A stretch of 64,000 nt of DNA, taken from the sequence record NC_054934.1; one strand, 5' to 3'. Of this stretch, positions 52,160 to 60,411 are shown one piece after another. The notes under the pieces were generated by a model that saw only the letters and a list, made by a program, of their open reading frames with translations, ran no database searches and was not told the origin of the DNA. Each line of letters starts with the position of its first letter. The first letter of the stretch is position 1. Both the position numbers and the translations under genes were made by a program. Source of the stretch: Escherichia phage teqskov.

Positions 52160-52687
52160 ATGAGCGAATGGTTTGAAGAAGATAAGGTTTATCGCTTTAA
52201 AGCTGGATATAAAGATATTTTTAATGAAACTTGCGGGGCTAATAAACGAATTGCCCAGTTTATTGGGGAAAATTCATTTAAAGTAAAAATTGACCCTGCA
52301 AAGAATGTTATTAGCATTAAACGCGAAATTGATGACTGCTGGTATAAAGCTGTTGACGTAATGGGCGAATCCTATAAAGTTAGCCCGTTATTTTCAATTG
52401 CTTATATGTTAGAATATTCTTTTTTCGAAGAAGTTCAAAAAGATGATTCTGTCAGTAAATTTGAAATTAAAGCTGATAAAGAAATTAAGTGGAAAGTAGT
52501 AGGTATTACTGGTTGTATGTTTTATATCTATGCTCAAACTGATACGAAAGAAGAAGCTAAAAAGAAAGCTCTAGAATATCTTGAAGAGTATGAAGAAGGT
52601 CCGGTAATGATTACTCAAGATGCTGAATTAGTTTCTGTCAAATTAGTTAAAAACGTTGAAAGTAAGGAGCTGGGATCAACATGCTAA
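52160..52687 (+). CDS. hypothetical protein (175 aa)
   Basis: ATG with GAGGAAA RBS. Confidence 0.55.
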   Translation: MSEWFEEDKVYRFKAGYKDIFNETCGANKRIAQFIGENSFKVKIDPAKNVISIKREIDDCWYKAVDVMGESYKVSPLFSIAYMLEYSFFEEVQKDDSVSKFEIKADKEIKWKVVGITGCMFYIYAQTDTKEEAKKKALEYLEEYEEGPVMITQDAELVSVKLVKNVESKELGSTC

Positions 52688-52917
52688 GTGAAAAACCAAT
52701 TACTGTTAAAGAATTCCAAGAAAAAGTTAAACTATTTGCGCAGGAATTAGTAAATAGGGTTTCTGAACGATTTCCTGAAACATCGGTTCGTGTTATTACC
52801 GAAACTCCTCGTTCAGTATTAGTAATTGTGAATCCAGGTGATGGCGATCAAATATCGCATCTTAAATTAGATTTTGATGGATTAGTTGAAGCACAAAGGG
52901 TGTATGGCGTACTATGA
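52681..52917 (+). CDS. hypothetical protein (78 aa)
   Basis: ATG overlapping previous gene end. Confidence 0.5.
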   Translation: MLSEKPITVKEFQEKVKLFAQELVNRVSERFPETSVRVITETPRSVLVIVNPGDGDQISHLKLDFDGLVEAQRVYGVL

Positions 52918-53252
52918 TGAATTTAACTGATATAATTGATAATTGTCTTGAAAATGATACTGGCGATCATAGAGCGCTTGACTCTGAAACAGCAAAGTTC
53001 ATTAAAATAACTTTAATGAATGATACTCTGGTGAATAGTATTCATCCTTCTGTGTATGATGCTATTATTGTGACGAAGTATCCGGTTGAGCTTCACAAAA
53101 AGATGACTGGTGCAGTTTTTATTGATAAGAAAAACCGCTTTAAAGATGGGCAGAATATAATTAGTTCTGTTATTAAAAGTATAACTAAACTTCGTCACGA
53201 AATTTATCGTGTTGAAACTGCTAAATCTACTTATCTGGTGATTATGAAATGA
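52914..53252 (+). CDS. hypothetical protein (112 aa)
   Basis: ATGA overlap. Confidence 0.5.
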   Translation: MMNLTDIIDNCLENDTGDHRALDSETAKFIKITLMNDTLVNSIHPSVYDAIIVTKYPVELHKKMTGAVFIDKKNRFKDGQNIISSVIKSITKLRHEIYRVETAKSTYLVIMK

Positions 53253-53830
53253 AAGCGAGTACAGTACTTCAAATTGCATATTTAGTATCGCAGGAATCAA
53301 AATGTTGCTCCTGGAAGGTAGGAGCAGTAATTGAAAAGAATGGACGTATTATTTCTACTGGGTATAATGGTTCACCCGCAGGTGGAGTAAATTGCTGTGA
53401 TTATGCTGCTGAGCAAGGTTGGTTGCTGAATAAGCCTAAACATACTATCATTCAAGGTCATAAGCCTGAATGTGTATCATTTGGTTCAACTGATCGCTTT
53501 GTCTTGGCGAAAGAACACCGTAGTGCTCACTCTGAATGGTCGTCTAAAAATGAAATTCATGCTGAACTAAATGCAATTTTGTTTGCTGCACGAAATGGTT
53601 CTTCTATTGAAGGTGCTACTATGTATGTAACACTTTCTCCTTGTCCAGATTGTGCAAAAGCGATAGCTCAATCTGGTATTAAAAAGCTAGTTTATTGTGA
53701 AACATACGATAAAAATAAACCTGGCTGGGATGATATTCTGCGAAATGCAGGTATTGAAGTGTTTAATGTTCCTAAGAAAAACTTGAATAAGTTAAACTGG
53801 GAAAATATCAACGAATTCTGTGGTGAATAA
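53249..53830 (+). CDS. cd: dCMP deaminase
   Basis: 193 aa (T4 Cd length); cytidine/dCMP deaminase zinc motifs HAE...PCPDC. Confidence 0.88.
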   Translation: MKASTVLQIAYLVSQESKCCSWKVGAVIEKNGRIISTGYNGSPAGGVNCCDYAAEQGWLLNKPKHTIIQGHKPECVSFGSTDRFVLAKEHRSAHSEWSSKNEIHAELNAILFAARNGSSIEGATMYVTLSPCPDCAKAIAQSGIKKLVYCETYDKNKPGWDDILRNAGIEVFNVPKKNLNKLNWENINEFCGE

Positions 53831-54066
53831 TGAAATTTCGTTTGGTACAACTTACAGCAATTAGTTCTTATTCTAATGAGAACATCTCGTTTGCTGTAGA
53901 GTATAAGAAATATTTTTTCTCTAAATGGAAACAGTATTATAAAACTGATTGGACTAGTATTGATAGACCATATAGTTGGAAATCTGATTTAGAAAAATGC
54001 CAAAAATTACTTTCCACCCTTAAAGAACGTGGAACAACTCATATTAAAACTGTGATAGGTAAATAA
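53830..54066 (+). CDS. hypothetical protein (78 aa)
   Basis: TAATG overlap with cd. Confidence 0.5.
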   Translation: MKFRLVQLTAISSYSNENISFAVEYKKYFFSKWKQYYKTDWTSIDRPYSWKSDLEKCQKLLSTLKERGTTHIKTVIGK

Positions 54067-54375
54067 ATGAAACTGACAACTGAGCAGAAAGTAGCAATTC
54101 GCGAAATTTTGAAAACTAAATTGTCCATGGGTGTTTCAAACGTAGTTTTTGAAAAGTCTGATGGTACTATTCGTACTATGAAAGGTACTCGTGATGCAGA
54201 CTTTATGCCAACCATGCAAACTGGCAAATTGACTGAATCTACTCGGAAAGAATCTACTGACATGATTCCAGTATTTGATGTTGAACTTAGTGCATGGAGA
54301 GGTTTTTCTATTGATAAATTGATTTCCGTTAATGGTATGAAAGTTGAGCATTTGCTTCAATTTATTGGTAAATAA
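54067..54375 (+). CDS. hypothetical protein (102 aa)
   Basis: ATG directly after previous stop. Confidence 0.5.
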   Translation: MKLTTEQKVAIREILKTKLSMGVSNVVFEKSDGTIRTMKGTRDADFMPTMQTGKLTESTRKESTDMIPVFDVELSAWRGFSIDKLISVNGMKVEHLLQFIGK

Positions 54376-54431
54376 ATGCTTTAAGAATTATTTGTTATTA
54401 TTAATTCATCTGTTAACAAAAAGGAAAAACG

Positions 54432-54767
54432 ATGTCTGAAGTACAACAGCTACCAATTCGTGCTGTCGGTGAATATGTTATTTTAGTTTCTGAACCTGCA
54501 CAAGCTGGTGATGAAGAAGTTACAGAATCAGGACTTATTATCGGTAAACGTGTTCAAGGTGAAGTTCCTGAACTGTGTGTAGTTCACTCTGTTGGTCCTG
54601 ATGTTCCTGAAGGTTTCTGCGAAGTTGGTGATTTGACTTCTCTTCCAGTTGGTCAAATTCGAAATGTTCCGCATCCTTTTGTAGCTCTGGGTCTTAAGCA
54701 GCCAAAAGAAATTAAACAAAAATTCGTTACTTGTCACTATAAAGCTATTCCGTGTCTTTATAAGTGA
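54432..54767 (+). CDS. 31: gp31 co-chaperonin (GroES-like)
   Basis: 111 aa; [23 protein letters not shown]... recognised as T4 gp31. Confidence 0.88.
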
Positions 54768-54775
54768 TATAAATA
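54768..54775 (+). promoter_or_regulatory. late promoter (TATAAATA) upstream of rIII
   Basis: TATAAATA directly after gp31 stop, followed by about 120-nt leader. Confidence 0.55.
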
Positions 54776-54893
54776 ATAATATGAATTGAGTTTCAATTCT
54801 ATGTGGTAGTCTACAACTGAGAGATCTGTCGAAAGAAGATGAAATTCAGAAGAACGTGACTACCGAGTTTTAATCTCTAACGAGAATTTTTAA

Positions 54894-55142
54894 ATGATTA
54901 AACAATTACAACACGCTCTTGAACTGCAACGAAACGCATGGAATAATGGTCACGAAAACTATGGCGCATCTATTGATGTTGAAGCCGAAGCTCTTGAAAT
55001 CCTGCGTTATTTCAAACATCTGAATCCTGCTCAAACTGCATTAGCTGCTGAGCTTCAGGAAAAAGATGAACTTAAATATGCTAAGCCTCTGGCTTCTGCC
55101 GCACGAAAAGCAGTTCGTCACTTTGTGGTAACACTGAAGTAA
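54894..55142 (+). CDS. rIII: rIII lysis-inhibition accessory protein
   Basis: 82 aa (T4 RIII length); position after gene 31. Confidence 0.8.
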   Translation: MIKQLQHALELQRNAWNNGHENYGASIDVEAEALEILRYFKHLNPAQTALAAELQEKDELKYAKPLASAARKAVRHFVVTLK

Positions 55143-55336
55143 TTTATTGGAGAGTCACTGCCTTAGTGTGAAGTTAAAACGAGGAGCCGTCGAACTTTGT
55201 TTTACGGTGTACCTCTTGAATGTTGACGAGGTTTATGGTTATCCTGTCGGTAAATATTCAAAACCTAAGTACCCCTTGAGGGCTTGCGCAGGCAATGCCA
55301 ATAAGTCCTGCATTTTCATTTAAAAGAGAATTTATA

Positions 55337-55513
55337 ATGGCAAAACAAGCTAAAGCAAAGAAAGCAGTTGAAAAGAAAGTTGGTGATTCTAAACGCGCTG
55401 GTTACAAGCGTGGGTCGAACTCTCGTATCAATCAAACTGTTGAGAAGATCATGCGCCGAGCACGTGCGGTTCTTCGAGATGATGCTTCTCGTTTTGGTAA
55501 GCAGAAAGCATAA
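55337..55513 (+). CDS. small basic protein (58 aa)
   Basis: ATG at 55337 (alternative ATG 55295); Lys/Arg-rich; followed by strong terminator. Confidence 0.5.
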   Translation: MAKQAKAKKAVEKKVGDSKRAGYKRGSNSRINQTVEKIMRRARAVLRDDASRFGKQKA

Positions 55514-55517
55514 GTTA

Positions 55518-55547
55518 AGGACTCCTTCGGGAGTCCTTTTTTATTTT
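55518..55547 (+). terminator. rho-independent terminator
   Basis: AGGACTCCTTCGGGAGTCCT followed by TTTTTTATTTT; same hairpin as at 2660. Confidence 0.85.
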
Positions 55548-55566
55548 CCAAAGATTGCACAAAGTT

Positions 55567-55599
55567 GTTTACAGTATGGCTCCTTTGTGATAGTATTAT
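55567..55599 (+). promoter_or_regulatory. early promoter
   Basis: GTTTAC -35, 18-bp spacer, TAGTATTAT; spacer CTCCTTTG complementary to downstream SD CAAAGGAG. Confidence 0.6.
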
Positions 55600-55623
55600 C
55601 TTACACAAACAAAGGAGAATAAA

Positions 55624-55992
55624 ATGAAAATCAATCTTAACTCATATATCAAAGGTAAAGACCACGACGGCTATAAAGCTATCGAAACTAAAGAACTTCA
55701 GTGGCACTTATACAAAGAACAATTTGAATTTGTAGGTTGCATGACTCCTGAAGGTCCTTCTGATGATTTCTCTTGGAAAATAATGTTAACTAACTTTTTT
55801 ACTGGAGATACATACGAATTAAAAACTTTGATTCTTGGTAAAATTCGCTGTGAGACTTATGAAGATAAAGAAACTGGTTACTCTGAAGATGTTACGTGGT
55901 ATCAAAATGGTCGTATTACCGCTGACCTCTTGATTGAAAAAATGAAAGCCAAAGGTGAATTAAATTTAGATAATTGGATTAAAGTTGCATAA
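55624..55992 (+). CDS. hypothetical protein (122 aa)
   Basis: ATG with AAGGAG RBS. Confidence 0.55.
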   Translation: MKINLNSYIKGKDHDGYKAIETKELQWHLYKEQFEFVGCMTPEGPSDDFSWKIMLTNFFTGDTYELKTLILGKIRCETYEDKETGYSEDVTWYQNGRITADLLIEKMKAKGELNLDNWIKVA

Positions 55993-55996
55993 AATA

Positions 55997-56025
55997 GTTT
56001 ACTTTGGTACAGGATATGATATTAT
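55997..56025 (+). promoter_or_regulatory. early promoter
   Basis: GTTTAC -35, 17-bp spacer, TATTAT; inverted repeat GGTACAGG/CCTGTACC flanks the -10. Confidence 0.55.
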
Positions 56026-56062
56026 ATACCTGTACCGCAATTAAACATCTCGGAGAATAAAA

Positions 56063-56428
56063 ATGAATTACATCAACTTTGAACGTAAATATGTTTCTAA
56101 CGGTATTGCAGGTTCTATTGATACTATCTGCCTTTGGAAACATCAAAATGGATCAGTATGCGAAATTGAACAGTATATGACTCCTAACTACGTTTATATG
56201 CGATTTGAAAATGGCATCACGGTTTCAATCACGAAAGAAGGTTCTTCTTTTAAAATCGCATTGGATGATGATTTTCGTCAACGCGATTTAGGGACTCATC
56301 CTTGCTGGAATGGCGTTAATCGCAAGCTTCTGGTTAAAACTTGGATTCGTCATATTCTGAGTAACAGAGCTAAACCTGAGCATCTTGAAGCAATCTTTGA
56401 TGTAGTTCTTAACGAATTTGATATTTAA
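56063..56428 (+). CDS. hypothetical protein (121 aa)
   Basis: ATG with GGAGAA RBS. Confidence 0.55.
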   Translation: MNYINFERKYVSNGIAGSIDTICLWKHQNGSVCEIEQYMTPNYVYMRFENGITVSITKEGSSFKIALDDDFRQRDLGTHPCWNGVNRKLLVKTWIRHILSNRAKPEHLEAIFDVVLNEFDI

Positions 56429-56437
56429 AAATAAAAT

Positions 56438-56456
56438 GAGGGGCTTCGGCCCCTTA
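56438..56456 (+). terminator. hairpin terminator (UUCG loop), weak T-tract
   Basis: AGGGGCTTCGGCCCCT. Confidence 0.5.
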
Positions 56457-56470
56457 CTGAGGAAAATATT

Positions 56471-56758
56471 ATGTTTATGACTACTTATTTTGATACCCGC
56501 AAAAATTTCTGTGAAGTGGTTTTCTCAAAGGCGCCTAAAGACCTTCCTGCTCATTTGCAGCCTACTAGTGAATCGATTAAAAACTACGTTGATGTGGTTT
56601 GTCCTTTAGAGTTCCGTACTGTAAATGGGCGCGATACTTTAGCTATCACTAAACTCAATCGTGAAATTGACATTGACCCTTCAATTGCGCGTGAAATTAA
56701 TATTTCTGATATTGGCGGTGGTAACGTTAAATCGCATGGTTTTCAGATGAGGTTTTAA
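56471..56758 (+). CDS. hypothetical protein (95 aa)
   Basis: ATG with GAGGAAAA RBS. Confidence 0.5.
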   Translation: MFMTTYFDTRKNFCEVVFSKAPKDLPAHLQPTSESIKNYVDVVCPLEFRTVNGRDTLAITKLNREIDIDPSIAREINISDIGGGNVKSHGFQMRF

Positions 56759-56955
56759 TGAAATTCTTTTTAGGTCAAACCGTTGAATTAAAGGGAGTTG
56801 GTATACCTGGATTAATTTCTAAGGTTCTACCTCCATTTAAATGGAGTGGTATTCAAATAAAAGAGGCTTATATTGTTTCCTGGGTAGATGGAAATGAAGA
56901 CCTTCGTATGGGTGATGAATTATCTCCTATCTACGGATTAAAGGAATTAGTATGA
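56758..56955 (+). CDS. hypothetical protein (65 aa)
   Basis: TAATG overlap. Confidence 0.45.
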   Translation: MKFFLGQTVELKGVGIPGLISKVLPPFKWSGIQIKEAYIVSWVDGNEDLRMGDELSPIYGLKELV

Positions 56956-57158
56956 ATATAATTAATAAGATTTTTGGAATTCAGTACATTAAGGTCACAT
57001 ATAAAGTAACAGATAAAAATCCGTATACTGATGAACACGAAGAACCACAAGTTAAGTCTATTATATTAGAAAAGGACCCTAACTGGCCAGTTGAATTTCG
57101 TCTTCCTTGCTATGGTCATTGGGCTGATGTTGAAATTATAAGCATTGAAAATGTCTGA
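56952..57158 (+). CDS. hypothetical protein (68 aa)
   Basis: ATGA overlap. Confidence 0.45.
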   Translation: MNIINKIFGIQYIKVTYKVTDKNPYTDEHEEPQVKSIILEKDPNWPVEFRLPCYGHWADVEIISIENV

Positions 57159-57609
57159 GTTAGAGATTAGAAGTAATTTTAGGTGGCCATCATGTGCATT
57201 AAGTAATTTCGCCCAATGGCCTTTCGTTATGGATGGTATTCAATTTGGAGGTCTTGAAGGATTCCTCCAAGGGTGTAAGGTGAAAAATGTTGAACAACAA
57301 CGTCGTATATTTGGGTTATCCGGGCTTGCCGCCCAACAAGCTGGAAGGTCTTATGCTAGAGCTCAGGACCGTGGGACCCTCTTCTGGCTTGGAGTTCCGT
57401 TTTCAAGATACTCCCCGGCGTGGAAAGAATTATACACAAATGCATATTTTGAAGCAGCGATCCAAAACAAGGGCTTTCGTGATGCATTACAAGCCTCGAA
57501 AGGAAAAGTTTTGAAGCACAGCATGGCTAGTGGTCTAACAAAAGATGATACAATATTAACCGAAGCTGAATTTATTGATGTGTTAAACCTATTAAGAGAC
57601 TCTCTATGA
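57151..57609 (+). CDS. NADAR / YbiA-like (DUF1768) domain protein
   Basis: LSNFAQWPFVMDGIQFGGLEGFLQGCK matches the YbiA/NADAR signature (SNFxxWP...DG...E...Q..K); ATG at 57151. Confidence 0.6.
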   Translation: MSELEIRSNFRWPSCALSNFAQWPFVMDGIQFGGLEGFLQGCKVKNVEQQRRIFGLSGLAAQQAGRSYARAQDRGTLFWLGVPFSRYSPAWKELYTNAYFEAAIQNKGFRDALQASKGKVLKHSMASGLTKDDTILTEAEFIDVLNLLRDSL

Positions 57610-58445
57610 AGCCTACTATTTTAACTGATATTGATGGAGTTTGTTTAAGCTGGCAATCAGGTCTTCCTTATTTTGCTCAGAAATATAATCTTCCGTTAGA
57701 ACATATTTTAAAAATGATCCAAGATGAGAAATTTATTTCTCCAGGTAAACTCTTTAATTGTGATGAAGAACTTGGTGTCAAGTTAATTGAAAAATATAAT
57801 CGATCAGATTTTATTCGTTACTTGTCTCCATATAAAGATGCCCTGTGTGTAATTAACAAACTAAAAGAAGATTATAATTTTGTAGCTGTTACAGCATTGG
57901 GTGATTCTATTGACGCTCTGTTGAATCGTCAATTTAATTTGAATGCTCTTTTTCCTGGCGCCTTCTCGGAAGTAATGATGTGTGGTCATGATTCTTCAAA
58001 AGAAGAGTTGTTCAAAAAGGCAAAAGAGAAATATAACGTAATTTGTTATATTGACGATCTCGCGCATCATTGCGATCATGCGAGTGAAATATTAAATGTT
58101 CCTGTTTATTGGATGGCTCGAGGAGAGCGTGACAATATTCCAAAAACTGCGCAGCGAGTTTATACATGGAATGATGTAGAAAATAAACTTTTTTCACCGA
58201 AGGAAAATAAAGAAAGTTTTGATAGTGAAAAAGCTATAAAAGATGTAATTGAAAAGATGATTAAAAATGATTCTTTTCGTTGGAACACTACCTGGAGAAC
58301 TCCTGGGTTTAATCCTTATAATCATCTATATCATCCATATCAGACACATCCGTTTCAGACATGGAACTATATTAAACCTGGTGGCATAGAGTATTTGTAT
58401 AATAGACCTACTTGTGGTGATAATATTTTCCAAGGAGCATTCTAA
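57606..58445 (+). CDS. HAD-superfamily phosphatase-like protein (279 aa)
   Basis: N-terminal DIDGV (HAD motif I DxDG[TV]) and downstream Asp pairs; ATGA overlap with NADAR gene. Confidence 0.55.
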   Translation: MKPTILTDIDGVCLSWQSGLPYFAQKYNLPLEHILKMIQDEKFISPGKLFNCDEELGVKLIEKYNRSDFIRYLSPYKDALCVINKLKEDYNFVAVTALGDSIDALLNRQFNLNALFPGAFSEVMMCGHDSSKEELFKKAKEKYNVICYIDDLAHHCDHASEILNVPVYWMARGERDNIPKTAQRVYTWNDVENKLFSPKENKESFDSEKAIKDVIEKMIKNDSFRWNTTWRTPGFNPYNHLYHPYQTHPFQTWNYIKPGGIEYLYNRPTCGDNIFQGAF

Positions 58446-58714
58446 TGTTTGTCGTTCACACTATTTATGAAAATGAAGGTAATACTACGCGTGATTACGG
58501 TCACGTAAATCAATTCTTTAGATGCAATCCAGAATTCCGAGCTCAAAAAGACGAACGAATTTTTAAAAAATGTGTAGAGCAAGGTTTCATTTATATCAAG
58601 CACTGGATGCAAGGAAATAAAGTTAGAACTACATATCATAGGTCTTTAACTGAGCTTAATGATGAATTGATTTATAATAGAGCTGTAAATCAAACTCTGA
58701 AGGATGAACAATGA
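58445..58714 (+). CDS. hypothetical protein (89 aa)
   Basis: TAATG overlap; precedes ligase with ATGA overlap. Confidence 0.5.
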   Translation: MFVVHTIYENEGNTTRDYGHVNQFFRCNPEFRAQKDERIFKKCVEQGFIYIKHWMQGNKVRTTYHRSLTELNDELIYNRAVNQTLKDEQ

Positions 58715-60174
58715 TTCTTAAAATTCTGAATGAAATAGCATCTATTGGATCAACTAAGCAGAAGCAAGCAATTCTTGAAAAGAATAAAGATAATGAATTG
58801 CTTAAACGAGTATATCGTCTGACTTATTCTCGTGGGTTACAGTATTATATCAAGAAATGGCCTAAACCTGGTATTGCTACCCAGAGTTTTGGAATGCTGA
58901 CCATTACCGATATGCTTGATTTCATTGAATTCACGTTAGCTACTCGGAAATTGACTGGAAATGCTGCAATTGAGGAATTAACTGGATATATCACTGATGG
59001 TAAAAAGGATGATGTTGAAGTTTTGCGTCGAGTGATGATGCGAGACCTTGAATGCGGTGCTTCAGTATCTATTGCAAACAAAGTTTGGCCAGGTTTAATT
59101 CCTGAACAACCTCAAATGCTGGCAAGTTCTTATGATGAAAAGGGCATTAGTAAGAATATCAAGTTTCCAGCCTTTGCGCAGTTAAAAGCAGATGGAGCCC
59201 GGTGTTTTGCTGAAGTCCGAGGCGATGAATTAGATGATGTTCGTCTTTTATCACGAGCTGGTAATGAATATCTAGGATTAGATCTTCTTAAGGAAGAGTT
59301 AATCAAAATGACTGCTGAAGCCCGCCAGATTCATCCAGAAGGTGTGTTAATTGATGGCGAATTGGTATACCATGAGCAAGTTAAAAAGGAACCAGAAGGC
59401 CTAGATTTTCTTTTTGATGCTTATCCTGAAATTAGTAAAGCTAAAGAATTCGCCGAAGTAGCGGAATCTCGTACTACTTCTAATGGAATCGCCAATAAAT
59501 CCTTAAAAGGAACCATTTCTGAAAAAGAAGCTCAATGCATGAAGTTTCAGGTTTGGGATTATGTCCCGTTGGTAGAAATATACGGTCTTCCGGCGTTTCG
59601 TTTAAAATATGATGTACGTTTTTCTAAACTAGAACAAATGACATCAGGATATGATAAAGTAATTTTAATTGAAAACCAGGTAGTAAATAACCTAGATGAA
59701 GCTAAGGTAATTTATAAAAAGTATATTGACCAAGGTCTTGAAGGTATTATTCTCAAAAATATCGATGGATTATGGGAAAATGCTCGTTCAAAAAATCTCT
59801 ATAAATTTAAAGAAGTAATTGATGTTGATTTAAAAATTGTAGGAATTTATCCTCACCGTAAAGACCCTACTAAAGCAGGTGGATTTATTCTTGAATCAGA
59901 GTGTGGAAAAATTAAAGTAAATGCTGGTTCAGGCTTAAAAGATAAAGCCGGTGTAAAATCGCATGAACTTGACCGTACTCGCATTATGGAAAACCAAAAT
60001 TATTATATTGGAAAAATTCTAGAGTGCGAATGCAACGGTTGGTTAAAATCTGATGGCCGCACTGATTACGTTAAATTATTTCTTCCAATTGCGATTCGTT
60101 TACGCGAAGATAAAACTAAAGCTAACACATTTGAAGATGTATTCGGCGATTTTCATGAGGTAACTGGTCTATGA
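58711..60174 (+). CDS. 30: ATP-dependent DNA ligase gp30
   Basis: 487 aa (T4 DNA ligase length); adenylation motif region KADGAR; sequence recognised. Confidence 0.95.
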   Translation: MILKILNEIASIGSTKQKQAILEKNKDNELLKRVYRLTYSRGLQYYIKKWPKPGIATQSFGMLTITDMLDFIEFTLATRKLTGNAAIEELTGYITDGKKDDVEVLRRVMMRDLECGASVSIANKVWPGLIPEQPQMLASSYDEKGISKNIKFPAFAQLKADGARCFAEVRGDELDDVRLLSRAGNEYLGLDLLKEELIKMTAEARQIHPEGVLIDGELVYHEQVKKEPEGLDFLFDAYPEISKAKEFAEVAESRTTSNGIANKSLKGTISEKEAQCMKFQVWDYVPLVEIYGLPAFRLKYDVRFSKLEQMTSGYDKVILIENQVVNNLDEAKVIYKKYIDQGLEGIILKNIDGLWENARSKNLYKFKEVIDVDLKIVGIYPHRKDPTKAGGFILESECGKIKVNAGSGLKDKAGVKSHELDRTRIMENQNYYIGKILECECNGWLKSDGRTDYVKLFLPIAIRLREDKTKANTFEDVFGDFHEVTGL

Positions 60175-60359
60175 AAGCTTACTTAGAAACAATTGTCGTG
60201 GCTCAAAAAGAAGGTGGAGATGTTTCTACTTCTGTATCACAAATCATGATTGAATTTATAGATGCATATGCTTATAATAAATTCACAGAAACATTTGATG
60301 CCTATGAAAAAGGTCCAAAGTTTGAAATATATCGTACTCTCTTACCAATAGATTATTAA
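60171..60359 (+). CDS. hypothetical protein (62 aa)
   Basis: ATGA overlap with ligase stop. Confidence 0.5.
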   Translation: MKAYLETIVVAQKEGGDVSTSVSQIMIEFIDAYAYNKFTETFDAYEKGPKFEIYRTLLPIDY

Positions 60360-60380
60360 AGGCCTTCGGGCCTTTAATTT
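60358..60380 (+). terminator. hairpin terminator (UUCG loop)
   Basis: AAAGGCCTTCGGGCCTTT followed by A/T-rich run. Confidence 0.5.
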
Positions 60381-60388
60381 TATAAATA
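60381..60388 (+). promoter_or_regulatory. late promoter (TATAAATA) for alt
   Basis: Exact TATAAATA about 24 nt upstream of alt start. Confidence 0.55.
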
Positions 60389-60411
60389 GAATAAACATTA
60401 GAGAGGATATG

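Noticed and set aside
55368-55622. 84-aa plus-strand ORF overlapping the small basic protein gene, terminator and early promoter
   Set aside because: Frame runs straight through a strong terminator hairpin and a promoter; starts at a non-ATG codon.
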